From the NCBI GenBank assembly GCA_036172245.1, contig JAYWIR010000088.1, forward strand, positions 62,001-126,000: a DNA stretch of 64,000 nucleotides, written 5' to 3'. The notes beneath the pieces are model-generated. The model saw nothing but the letters and a program-made list of their open reading frames with translations. It searched no databases and had not been told where the DNA came from. This DNA is from Raillietiella orientalis. Taxonomy: Eukaryota. The position numbers were made by a program, and so were the translations under genes. Positions 1-13,300 of the stretch are shown piece after piece. The number at the start of each line of letters is the position of its first letter. The stretch's first letter is position 1.

Positions 1-3000
1 AAGGGCCGGGCGGCATCCGCTGCTGGCGCACGCGCGGGCGGGCTCTCGCCCGTTCGTTTCCCTTTCCCGCCGTCGGAGGGAATCGCTGGCGCTCCCGGAG
101 GGCGCCCGACCGCCACGCGGCTCGGGACCGCGGGCAGGCTGGCGGGAAGCGCGGGCCGGCCACCTCGTGGCAGCCGGCCGGAAGGGGGCCGCGGACCAAA
201 CAGGCCACGTCCTCGGCGCCATGGACGGCCACGGGAAGGGCGGGGCGTCCTCGTCTCCGTGGAGACGGCGGCGAACCCTCCCCACCCGGAGGGATGAGAG
301 CCGTCCCACGTCCACTTGCCCTTCCACGGTCTCCCGCCCCGCGGGAAGAGGCCGAGGAAGCGGCGCTTCCGAGACAGGCGAACGGAGGAGGGCCCCATGC
401 CCACGGGCGACGCCGTTCCTCCGCGTGCCGTCGCCTCCTTCGCAGAAGACGGCTTGACCACGGCGCTGCGGTCCGTGGCCAGGGGGGTCGAACGCCCCCC
501 TGCCTTCGGCGCTGTCCGAACCTCGCGGCGCCTCCGAGGAACGAGTGACCCGCCCCTCCCGCCTGGGCGGGTCGAGGCAGGAGGTCCGGGGAGACCCCCG
601 GCAGGACGCAAGCTCCGGGGGGCAGACGCAGCCTGAGCGCTCGTCGCTGCGGGCCCGGGTGGGACAAAGTCGTCCGTCGAGGGAATTGAATCCACGGCTG
701 CCCCCCTCCTCCCCTTCGCGGGCCAGCCCCCTCGGAACGAGCGCGTGCGCGCCGCCGCCCAAAACCCCCGCAGTTGCTTCTTTTTCTTTTTTGGAATGCA
801 CAGCGCGTGCGGCCCGGCCCCTCCTTGCGAAACGTCCGGCGCCCGCGCGCTTCCGCCCGGTCGAGCAGACGAGCAGGGCGAACGAGGACGACGCGCTTCC
901 CCCCCTCCTACCCCCGGAGGCTACGCCAGACGCCGGCCGATCGATCGATCGATCCCGCGGAGGGCCGCCGCGCGACCCTCTGAGGAGCGGCGGGGCCCGC
1001 GAAGGGTGCGCGAAGTTTCCGTCCCCGCGAGGGCACTTTGACGCTTTGCGAATCGCACAGTAGTCCTCGGCGCCATCACATGATCGCCCCCCCCCCTTCT
1101 CTCCCCGCCTCTTTTGGCGCACGCGCACGCTGCGCAGTTTTCCGCGAAAAACGTGCCCGGCGCGCGCGGGCCGGAGACGCTCCCGGGAGAGTGGCGGCGG
1201 CGGCCATCTCTCGGACCACGTGACCGCCTGCGTCATCTCGGAGCCGCGCGCTTGGGGAAATTCAAACCGGCCAATCAGCAGCTCGCGCGGAAGGAACGAA
1301 CGCGATCGGGAAAGATGGAGGAACTGCGCGCGGCCGTCCCCATTCCGCATGGTTGTCTTTCGCCGCTTCGGGGTCTCTCTCTTCTTTTCGGTGGCCGTTC
1401 GTTCCGTCTTCCTGGAATCGCGCTCATCTCCAGCGCCTACAGGCTATCCGCCGGCGCCTCGCCTGCGCACGGCGAGTAACGGAGCGCGGGGGGGGGCGAG
1501 GACAAGGCGCCTCCTTTCCGGGAAGAAGGTTGACCTGCGGAGAAGAATGGGGATTTTCCCAGATGTCCCGGCCTGCTGGATCGGCAGCGACACGGGGTGC
1601 TCACCACCACCCCGTGGGACCCGGAAACCTCCTCGGTCGACGAATGGCGCCGCATTCCCCTCCCCTTTCTCTCCGAGCGGATGTGCAGCTTTTCCGGGAA
1701 CCCTGAGAGCGCCGCGACGCATGCCCGCTGGCGCCGCCATGCAGGCGACCACCAACGGGCCCGGTGACCCTCTTGGCGCGCAACGCCGGCTAATGGAGGT
1801 TTCGGACAGGAAGGAGCCCGCAGTTCCCTGGCGAAGAGGAGCGGCAGCTGCTTGTGATGCCGGCTGCGCCAGGTGCCCCCTCCTCCCTTTCGTCAGGTGT
1901 GGTCCCTGCGCGCCAGGATTCCAAAAGAGCCTTCGACTTCCGCAGAAAAGCGCACGCTCTTTTAAAGGTCCAGCAGCAGCGTGGGGGATTCGCCGAGGGT
2001 CGCGGAAGGGCGCGACGGCTTCCCGGCTCGCTGAACCTGGAGCGGGCATCGTCGTCGGGGAAGAGGGTGGGGGGAGGGGTTGAGGGGGTCGACCTGGGAC
2101 ATACTCGCGGCGTTTCCCACACTTGGGGAAAAAGGGGGAGAGGGTGGGGTGGGGGGTGGGGGGAGGCCATTTTTCGGGTCGCGGGCGCACGGGCGTCGTC
2201 CCGTGCCTCAAAAGTACGCAGGCGCGCCGCGAGAGCGCGCTGCCACCGCCGACCCCCGCTCGTACCGCGCGCACCCGCGTGCGTGCACGCGCACGCAGAC
2301 GCGGGCTCACGGGATTCGAAGGCAGCGTGTGCCTGCCATGCCGCGGTTGCACGTTGCGCACGCTCAGGCGTGGTTTCTTGGGGTCTTTCGCCCCGCGCTC
2401 GGGAAAGCCCCCCAACTCCGGTGCAGATTGCCGAGCTCTCTCTGTACGCTTGCCAGCGAAGATCGCATGTGTGCACGCAGTACATATATACGCACTGCGT
2501 AATGTGAATCGCGTATTACATTCTTTTCGTTGCATATTCATATGTTCTTATCGGAAACTCACGTATGATGAAACTGCAAATGTGGCCATCGGCGAACGAC
2601 GCGCCAGCAGATGCGTACCCGCGCAAGACGCCGGGGTAGCCTGTGCCAAGTTGCACTGCGCTGCGTGTACAAGAACACTAGCGGCAAGGATGTACGTGAT
2701 CCCTTCCACGCACGGAGGGAAATCCTCGAGCCAGACATCCAGGCGTCCTTCTTCCGTCAGAGTCTGAAAGCAAAAAATGCTCAGTTGGCAGGAGCCGAAT
2801 TTCGCTCGCACATCTTCCTCGGAGCGATCCGTCTCCGCGCTCCCCCGTCCCGGGCCTGGCTTCGGTCTGGCTCTGGACCCACGCGAAGATCTCTCCTTCC
2901 GAACGGCTCCCTTTCGTCCTCTTCCTACGAAACGAGGAGCAGTGCCCTGGAGACGATCGGATGGAGTTTCGGCCCGGCACAGAAAATAACTGGAAGAGCA

Positions 3001-6000
3001 AACAAGCGAGATGTGGATTGATCTGCCAAAATTGATGCGGAGGAAGGAATCGAGGTGGCATTCTAAGAATAAAGCGCATCCTAATGAGTATGCGGAGGCC
3101 TTAAGATGCGAGTGCTATGGAGAAACCGGATACCCACTTTCGAGGTGGATTTTGAGACTTGAGACGGTTCCAAATTTTTCAGTATTTTGGAAATTGTCTT
3201 CCTCGCGGGATGGAAATCGGCGCTGCGAATCCCAGCGTCCAGGCACCCACTGTCTTGTCGTCTTTCCTGCTGTTCCGTCCCAGCCAGGTCAGTTGCTGTT
3301 CAGCGACCCCTTTGCAAAACGAACGGCCGCATCGAAACCCAAATGGGATTTGCGTTTCTGAAGGGACATTGCGCGGAAATCTTTCTGGATCTCTGCACAT
3401 CCGTAGACGTATCAACAGGTGCGCGTTGCAGCCCGCAGCGTGGCTTCCGTTCGAAAGATGACCATCGGTCGCAGCGGATGGTGCGATGGACCGAAGAGAA
3501 GACCCCGGACCAAGGCAGGACTTGCTGCTGGCTCCTTCCCCCCCCTTTTTACAGAGCTACTCCGTTCGCTGCGTATCTTCAAGTGACGCAAATTCTCCGA
3601 CTTTGGAAAAGTGGCAGCAACGAGCAGGAGGGTTCGTCGGGATTCACTCCGTTCGAAAGTCCAAAGAATCCCGTAAACTCCTGAAATGGATGGCGACGAT
3701 CCGCTTGCCCGGCGAATTCCGATTTCGTTCATTTCGACTCTTTTCGCCCTCCCTCCGCGGTTTGGTAACCCTGCGTCGGCCCAGGGATCTCGGCATGCTC
3801 GGGCATCCACTTCCCTCTGCTGAGCGCTCCCTAATTGCGTGCACCTTGTAGTGATTCGTGTCAAACATCTCCACTTCCGACCCTCTGGACCGCTTCGGTT
3901 TGGAATGGGCAGTGTGGATGAGGGCGCCGCGACGCAATCTGTTTCGTACGGCTCATCGCGTTCCGTGTACCGTTTTCACGTATACCTCGAATGCCCAACG
4001 TTTCGCTAAGAAGCTCTCATCACTTCAACGTCGAGTTACCTTTCTTGGCTGAACTTTGTTCCTTTTCCGATGACTCATCCGACTAGTGTAAACAAAAGTT
4101 ACGAAATCATCGCTGCATGATATCAGCTGAACACAGCCACGGGGAAGAAACGACAGCCTCCTCGGCAAAATATTCCTCAAACACTGACACGTTAAAAAAA
4201 GTGTTTCCGTGTCGCGCCTGCATCGAATTCACCAGCGGTGTTGTCTTTCCAGCCCTCCGCTTCCCATCCCATTTCCTACCTCAGCTCCCAGGGCAGCGTC
4301 AGCAGTTTTCCTGCCCCTTCGTCCCCTAACTGATCCCTATGCTCTCCATGTGAGCGGCGTGCCGTTTTCCCGACCGGGAGAACTCTTCCGTGCTCTTCTG
4401 CCTTTTTTGAAAGTCCGAGTACTTTCGGGAGGGACAGATTATGCCGCTATTCCATCTGCAGCTCGAAGGTGCCAGTCGGTGCAAGACCGAAGGTCACAGC
4501 GGAATAAAAGTTGCACTTTTTTTTTCGCGGTTTTTCCAAACATTCGTGCGAAAATGCAACTCTGTTCTCCGAAGGATAAGCAACACGGTGCTCCTTCGGG
4601 AGCCCACCGTGGGTGCAGCAGCCCTTCCTGTTGCTTTCGAAACTCGGGTTATTCTTCCGGGAAAGCAGTTTCGTCCTTAAAGCACGCGTGCGTGTCCCGA
4701 CTTTCCCGAAGTGCAACCCCGTACAAACATCCGCACTCCGGAGGACACTTCAGAAGTGCAGAGCAAGCAATTCGGCTCCACACTTCCGTTATGGTGTTTT
4801 TTTTCCTGCGATGTGTGCGTGGTATCTCTGCGCGCGGTATCTTCGGAAGAGCGTCACGTAAACCCTTGCCCATGGGAACGGAGCGAAGCAGACATCCAAG
4901 AAGGGGTTGTTCGTTCCTGGAAGTTCGGCCGAGCCACATCCTGGCAAACATTCCGGCGATCCGCTCGTGTGCGGGGTTTGTCCTTCTTCCAGAACGGAGG
5001 CAGGCTGTCAGAGTTCAGGGGTCTCAGAGCAGCTGGTTGACGGAACAGGTTGCCTGCACGGCGCTTTTATTCGAGGCCGACTCGGTAAGCACTTGGTACT
5101 CGAAATGGCAGGCTTAGGCTTCCACGGACACGTTTTTCCTGGGAACGCTGACGTCCTGCCCGTCGTCTCCCCGCAGGCATTCCTCCCTCATGCCGCCCAT
5201 GGGAAACTTCCGCCTGGGGCGGAAGTCCCTTGTCCACTCCTCCCCCCCCCCCCTCAAAAACTCGTGCTCTTCGGGCGTCGGTTCGGAGCGCGTTCCGGGA
5301 CCCCACGAGGATGCAGAGACGTCGTTTCCTTTTCGAACCGCGTCTTGCCAAGAACTTTTTTTTCCTCTCCTCCCTCTCTCTCCTTCCCCTCCTCCTCTCC
5401 CTCTGGAGCAGGTAGCATCACCACTCGTGTCTCCATTTGCATTTGCCGAGGCACAACGTGACTTGCTAAATCCCTTCCTTTTGCAGCCAGTGTTGGGCGC
5501 GTCCTCCACACACGAAGTGTTCCTCCTCCCCAGGGAAGGAGCCTCACCCAGATGCTGGGCTGCTGGCAGATGCTTTCGGTTTCAGGTCACATCATTAAAA
5601 TGTAATTTCGAAGTGTCCTACGGGTGCGGCGAAAAGTTGGTCTGTCGAGTGCGCTCACGGCCCGCCTTATCAGCAAGCAGTAAAAGGTAAATAGCAAAGG
5701 GGGGGAGGGGAAAAGACACAAAGCAGAAAAGGGGGGAAAAAAATGCAGCCCGCGTTGAGGATTCTGTCCTTTTCTCCCCTCAGAGCACATCCTGAAGGAT
5801 CGGTTTAGGGGACGATCCAACCCTTGTCCGACTTTGCGGTTTCGGTGGTTTGAAAGAAAAAGGATGGCTTTTTCTTTTTGTTTTTGGCATGAAAAGCATC
5901 CGTTTGCAAGGAAATTTCATGCATGAAAAATTCACATTGCCTCGTGTATTCCTTGTATTTTCAACTTTTCATGGAAAGGTGGTAGTATGAACGATTTCCC

Positions 6001-7365
6001 CTCCCCCCCCCCCCCCTCCCATCAGTACCCAGAATGCAAGCAGAGTTGGCCAAAAAGTATTAGTACGAAAAAACAAAAGCAAAAAACATGGCTTTTTTGT
6101 GTTCCGTGCTTTTGAATGTATTTAAAACAAAGGAATGGAACATTCCAATCGTCATAGTGGATCTGTGAATTGAGTTGGATGCAATCTCTGCATGCACCCT
6201 TGGGATTTTCAAGTCTTTCTGTTCAATGGCCAGAAAATTCCATTCACATGAAGGTTGTGGGAATCACATTCGAGTGTGCTTCCCCATGATGTGGCATTCT
6301 TCAATCAACTGACACAAATTGACAGTACTGTATGATCTGTTGTCAAACTTGCCCTTTTGTTGTGAATGTGAATTTACAGCACTGTGCATTTGTGTAGATT
6401 GCTGCAAGACTTTTCAAAGCACACAATCCCTTCAGAGTGTCTTTCCTGAATTGTTTTTCAGAAGCTTGCCTACAAAAAAAAAAAAGGGGGGGGGGGATGT
6501 CCACAGTAGGTTCTGGCTTCACATCATCCCAGGTTTCATTGATTGGAATGCTTAGCATCTTCCCAAAACTTGTGTCATTGGCCCTTTTTTTTTTTGGTTT
6601 TTTTCAAATGGGTTTTCAAATTTCCTGTACAGGGAGATCATGCGTTCACTGAATGAATGTGGAGTGTTGTGTACAGCATGTTTTGTTGCCTAATGAACAA
6701 TGATGCACAAATGAGAGCATCCCCTTTCAAGCCAAGAAATATGTGTTGAGTTAGGATCTGTCCATGGAATGGAGGGAAATGCCCCCAGTGAAAGTGTCCA
6801 ACCATATAATTGTGTGCTACAGATGTACTTTTTAGATTGTTTTCATCATTCCACAATGGAAACCGATTGGCCAGAAATTCCATGGAAGCTGTGCCATGGT
6901 AAATGCCTGCAAATTAATTGAGGTCCTATGGGGACCGTTTCAACTTATCAGTGGATTTTCCCTTCATGTGTGTGATATGTGTAACTGTTGATAAACTGAT
7001 GAAACTGCAAAGAATTCTCTGGACGGATTTTTTTTTTTCCGTTTTGAATGCGAGGATCATCTTTGGAACACGTGGAGTCATTTATTATTTGCTCCCCATG
7101 TTGTGGGGTTTGTTCCATTTGTAGCAAAGGAAGCTCATGTTTTAGCCCCCAACATGGTTTTCAGATAAAAGCAGCTGCTCATCAGTGCCCTGCACCGAAT
7201 CTTCGTATTGATCGGAGGGGAGGTGTCCCATGAGAAGAAAATCACATGCATGTCTTTCATAGGATGTGGCAGCGCTCCTCAAGCTTTGACTGATGTCCTT
7301 TCTGAAGTTCTTCACGCCCCTACCTCAAGACATTCAATAGCTTCACGTCCCGTCAGCGCTTGAAG

Positions 7366-10300
7366 ATGCCTAAACCAGTAAGCACCCTTTGCTTCCTAAT
7401 CCTTTGGGAGAAAGGGAACCCGAGAGACAAGTTGGCAGGAGTGGTTCCCGGTGCCCATCTCCGAGCCCGAAAGCTGTGCCGTCTCGAGAGAGCAGCAGGA
7501 GGAGGAGAGAGAGGGAAAAAAAAAGGGGGGGGGGAAGGAGTGCGTATGTGCGCGCGCGTATGCATACATACATACATATAGATATGGATATGTATTTCCC
7601 CCCCCCCCCGTTTCTGGGTACAGCTCGCAAGCGGCGGTTCCGCGAACAGGCGTGAATCACATGCGCCACCCACACCCACGGAGCGGCGGGTGCACGTTTT
7701 CGGTGCCTCAAGGGTGACATCTGCCATGCGGCGCGGGAAGCCACCCCCGGCGCCAGTCCCGCCTGCAAGGTGCCGGCGCGCGGTTATCTCTCGCATTGCA
7801 TTCGGGCTGAATGAGGCGTGCGGTGCGCGGTCGATGGAGTGGCTCGCCTGTCCGTAGGAGCTGAGCCGCGCTTGCAGTGGGCTTCCAGAAAAGAGCTACC
7901 GAGCCACAAAGGAACGCGCAGGGAAGGGAAAAGCAGCAGCAAAATGGTGCACCTGGTAAGACGTTCGGGATAATTCCTTCCTTTTTTCTTTTTCTTTTTC
8001 TTTTTTTTCCCCTCCCTCCCTCCCTCCCTCTCTCCCTCACGGGAACCTTCCCCCCCCCCCTCCTCCGCCCCCGGAGGCGTGGCGCGGCGTGGCGCACCCC
8101 GAGGAAGCTTTCTGCTTTTGCCCTTTGCCGCCCAACCCCCCCCCCCCCGACCCGTTCCCGAGAGCTCTTTGGAAGGTTTTGCCACCGTGCCCGTGGGGGT
8201 GGGGGGCGGCGGCGGCGGTCGCCCCCCTCCAAAGGCGAAAGCGATGGGGAAAACCGCCCCACCAACGATGGCGGTTTGTCTGCATTTTGGCGCGTTTTTA
8301 ACGGAAACGCTGCGTCTGTGCCGCCGCCGCCGCCGCCTCGACGTTTGCCGCGTTTTCAAGGACGCTCCACCGGTAAATTTCGTGCGGTTGGGTACGCCGT
8401 CTTCGCCGGTGCCCCCCTCCCACTCCCCCCTTTCACCCTACCCCCCACGCAAGTAGTGGGAACGGATCTTTTCCAGGTTGATGGATGTACGCTTTTTCAA
8501 ATGCCCACGCGCGCGTATTCGGAAAGTGCGTCGCTCTTCCTTCTTGGAGCGCGGCCATGCGGCGCCTCGTAACGTAACTTTGGGAGTCTCATACCACCCG
8601 CGGCACCACCACCACCGCCGCCGCCGCCGCCGCCCTTTTTTTTTTTTTTTTTTTCCCGCCCAAAGTCCCAAAATGCTTTCAGGTGTCCACACGAGGAGCC
8701 CTTTGGGCCCACCCTTTGCTGCATCGTCACCCATTCGTTTCCCCGCCGTGACGGAAGTTTGCGGTTTCCCCGTGGCCATCCGTGGGGATGGCCCGAGGTG
8801 GTCCGAAGTCCTCGCGCCGCTTTCGTTCTTTGCTTTCGGAGAGGCGGCAGCTGCCGCTGCGGTTGCGTTAGCAACCGTTCTTCTGGAGCATTTCATGCCA
8901 AGTTCGCCGCGAGTTGGCGACGCTCCTTCCCGGAAGCGATGGTGTTGCCAGGAGCGTCCTTCGCTCCCGAGACCGGGCTTTCCCTCGTGCCGCCGTTCGG
9001 TTCGTCTTCCCGAGCGCCGGTGGCACGTCGCCGGGGGGCATCTTCTTTCCGTGTCCGCAGCAGCAGCCTTCGAGCCCCAACCCTACGGGTTTCTCGTTGA
9101 GCGAATTCTGCTGGAAGCTGCCTCTCCCGGTCGGGAAGCTCCTCACGTGTTGCCGCCCGAATCCCTCTTCCGAAGGGCCTGCACCCGCGTGGGCTTCCTT
9201 CTTCTTCTGTATGTTGGTTGCCCCTCCCCTTCCCCCCCCCCCGCCTTTCTCCGCAGCGCCTCGACTTTCCGTTTCCCTTCAAGGCGGTGCAGCTTCGTCG
9301 CCTCCGTAAGCACGCCGTGTGTGCGCTCCCACCGAATCTGCGCCTGCAAACCTACACCTATTTTTCCTTCAGTGGGCACCCGGGACGAGCTTTGCGTGGG
9401 TGTCGGGGGGGGGGGTTCACGTTGCTTCCCGAGTTTCCGTGGTGCACACTATAGGGGAGCCCACGGTCAGCCGCTCGCGTCCGCGGGGCGCGCACCGGTG
9501 ATGCGCACTGCCCGTCGTCTTTTCGCGAGTCCCCCCGGGGGCTTTCTTCCTGACGATGACCGCCACGCAGACGCGAATCCGTCTCGGGCGAGCCGATGTG
9601 GGCCCACTCGATGAAGTCGCGCGCGCCAGCTGGTCAGCGGTACGGTTCCGTGCCCGCTGGCCCCCAGTTGCTTGCAAAGTGTGCTGTGCACCGCTTCGTG
9701 CTTTTCGCTGCACGGCCGTCCGTAAGGGGGCAAAAAAAAAAAGATGGCTGCGTGCGTTTTAGGTGATTCTCCTCGTAAGCGGCGTCTCCCTTCCGTGGTG
9801 CTCGACGGTGCCCATCCGTGGTTGCCTGCGGAGCCCAGAGTGGCCCTGTGGCTCCGGAGCTTCTTTCCATTTCCAGTGGAGTTGATGCTAATGAATTTCC
9901 AGAACCCATAATGAATGGACTCGGTCAGCGTGGCCTGGCGGCGGCGGCGGCGGCGGTGGTGGTGGTGGTGGTGGTGGTACGCATCGCCGACAATGACGAT
10001 GGCGCATGCACGCGGAATCTGCAGCACTTTATCGTTGGCAATCTTATCGGCTTTTATCGGCGGCAGCGTTCACTGTGGCCAACGCCGGGGAAATATCGAA
10101 AGTATGGCACCGATCGACCCGTATATACATTTCGAGATATTGGGCTTTACTTTTTTTTTTTTGTTTCGGTGGGAGCCGCCGCGTGCCACGGCATTTCCAG
10201 ATCTGCTCCGCCCTTCTGCACCGCCTCGCGGTCGCCGTGTGGATCGAAAGGGATGCTGCTGCTCCTGGACTCCATTGGCAACCGAGGGAAGCTGCTGCCT

Positions 10301-13300
10301 GGCGACCCCGTTCCGTTTACACGTGTGCGGTGGTGCCGTTACCAGCGGTCCCTGTTGTTTCCGGTCATTGCGTATTCCCGAAAACGTTCCGCCCGAGATC
10401 GGTGGAGGGCGATTCGTGGCAGACGCGAGCGATACACATCGGAATCAGCGACGGAAATCCGGGTGTCATCTTAGCAGCAGCCGTTCTTCCGCGCTTCCTC
10501 CGAAGGTCTTCTTCCGCCTTTCCGGAGGCTTACTCTCTCGCACGCGCGTGCTGACCACCTTCAGGACAGCGTTTGCCGAATTGCTCGAGGAACCTTCCGC
10601 CCTGATGCGGTGCGCAGACCTCGGTTTTTTCTTGGCCCTGTCCATCGCGAGCGGACGGCATTCCGCGATTGTGAATTCCTTGCAGCGTGGAGGTGCTTCT
10701 TGGAGTGTTCCCTTTCCCGGGGTGTTCCTTCCCGCCTTCGCGAAAGCTGTCGGCCATCCACGCGCTGTGGATGGCACGGGGCGCAGCCATCGAGTGCCCT
10801 CCCCCCCCGTCCCCCATCTCCGTCACTGTATCCACTTGTGCCCTCATCCAGCAGGTCCGTTGCCGGGAAACGCGTTTGCCACGACCAGCTCCCGTCAGAT
10901 GACCTCGTTCACATCGCTAGTTGGCGTCCGGACGTCTTCGTCATGACACAGCATCGTGTGTCCATCGCAGCCACACCGTTGCCCCCCAGGTGGTGCCATG
11001 CACGGGGTTCTCTCGCGTCACCAACACCGCCTTGCCAAAGCCACAGTAGGGCCGGGAATGAGTTTCAGCCACCGTCGAGTGTTTCGATATCCATCGCGGC
11101 GCTTTCTCGTGCCACGCGTGCACACTTCACCGTCGTGACGGCGCCCATAATTCTGGTGGACGAGTTCCAGTCGCTCTCCTCAGCATCCGCTGGATTGTAT
11201 CCGACTGGGGTCCTGCACGCAGCGTCTCTCTGATCAGGTTGCTGCCCATCGATGTGTGTTCTGAGACGCAGTCGATAGTGTGCCACGAGGCGTCCCTTTG
11301 CGTGTTCTCGTGTTATCAGGTACTTAACGCCTCCCGTCGGCTGTGTTTTCTTATCCACTGGATGTGTGCTTTGTCGGTATTGGCGGTCGTTACGGCTTTG
11401 TCTTTTACAGTTCGAGCGCAGTTTTCCAGGCAGTGGGCCTCTTCTTGGGTCCTGTTTGTTTTGATAGATAGCGTGGCCCCAGCACGTCATGAAGCTTACC
11501 CAGAGGATAATTTCCATGTCGGCAAAGATGCTGCTGTGCTGTAACTAGTATGGTTAGGATTAGATTAAAACATACACGAAGATAAATACACCGTGTCGAA
11601 GTGTTCTTGCAGCCTCTCTCAAGATTGAAAAGTTTCCTTTCACGTAAATGCAAGAGCGGTCGGTATGTCGAGCAGTCTTCGATTGGAAAGATTGAAAAAA
11701 AAAAAAAAAAAAAAAAAACGGATGTGGAAGTTGAAGCCATTTTCGGCCATGGACTCCTTTTGGTTTCATTCGAAGAGCGTGAACAGCACTGACAACGCTT
11801 TGAAGAGACGTTGGTTACACGCCGGTGCTTGTGTGTGCATACTTGGCGAAGGGAATTTCGCGTAGGGAAATCTGGGAAAAACGATCTCTGGGAACGTTCT
11901 TCTTCGCGCCAAAGATCGTTGCATCGCCCCACCGCCTGTGCAATCCATCCTTAGTGTGGTGAGCACCCCACCCGCCCAGCTTCGAGAAACGTCCTCTCCG
12001 GGGAACCCGGCGGCTGTCTTGCAAGCCTCCCGGTCGCCGCCATACCCGGCGTTGGTAGGTACCGAGGTGTGTTCGTTCTTCCGCGAGCCGCCATCCATCA
12101 AGGTTTGTCGCATCTCGGGGATGAATCCGGCCACGAGAGGAATAACGGCGAGATTCCGTTTTGGTTGATTCCCAGCATCCAGCTGGGTTGGGAAAGTTCG
12201 CACACGACGTACATTTTATGCGGCCTCTCGGGCGTGGTGACTGCCGGGGCACTCCCCAGAGCCCAGAGGCGACTGTGGGTGCTCAGATGATAACCTTTCA
12301 GGCGTCACGTGACCCCCCCGGTTCTTTCGAGTCTCCCAAGTAGGCAACCCTCGAAGGAGCCTCGAGGTTTCTCCGTAGTTCGTAATTAGGACGCACAGAT
12401 TCGTACACGGTCCAAAAAGTTGCAGTCCGTTTAAACTTTTACAGAATCTCTCGAAAACTCTGCCCTATTTGCTCTTAGCATTGCTTTGCAAACAAGGGAT
12501 CGTAGGGGTTGGTTGGTCGGTCACTGGTTTGAGTGTGTATCCTGCACTCCAGTGGACCCGCCTGCTTGCCAGCAGGCGCGGCCCTCCCATTGCATCCCCC
12601 ATTTACTGCTTGCCGGGTCGGTTCGGGAAGACACTTCGCAGCGAATTCTGAACCTTTGGCCGAATTCGTTGTCCCCGAATGGCGCAAGTGGGATTCCCCC
12701 CTCCCCCCATCCCAACGCGAAGTGTTCCGGGTGAAGTGTGGGGGCTTCCGTGAGCATCCACTGCGTTTCAGGTGAATGTGCGTGTGACCACCATGGATGC
12801 CGAACTGGAGTTCGCCATCCAGCCCAACACAACAGGGAAGCAGCTCTTCGACCAAGTTGTGAAGACCATCGGGCTGAGAGAAATTTGGTTTTTCGGACTT
12901 CAGTACACAGATAGCAAAAATTTCGTAACCTGGCTCAATCTGAACAAAAAGGTTAAAAAGAAACGTTCCGTTCCTCACGGTTTATTGAAACGCGGTGTTC
13001 CAGGTATTGAACCAAGACGTAAAGAAAGAAACACCGCTGCAGTTCCGTTTTAGGGCAAAGTTTTATCCAGAAGATGTCGCGGAGGAGTTGATCCAGGAAA
13101 TAACAATTGTGGGGATTCGTGCTCGGCCGGATTTTGTCGTGATTTTCGGGATTTCTTTTCTTGCAGAAACTGTTCTATCTCCAAGTGAAAAATGCCATCC
13201 TGTCCGATGAAGTGTACTGTCCCCCGGAAACGTGCGTCCTTCTCGCATCCTTTGCCGTACAGTCCAAGTACGGCGACTACGATCCAGAGGTGCACACCCC

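Noticed and set aside
167..2541. Numerous overlapping 100-365 aa ORFs
   Set aside because: Arg/Pro/Gly/Ala-rich open frames are expected in very GC-rich DNA. There are no recognisable domains or consistent splice models.
8478..10946. 378-aa and 343-aa plus-strand ORFs in moesin intron 1
   Set aside because: They translate microsatellites and homopolymers (poly-R, F, W, V) and have no protein-like composition.
12403..12430. TACACGGTCCAAAAAGTTGCAG as a Tc1-like terminal repeat
   Set aside because: No matching partner TIR was found by eye in the window.
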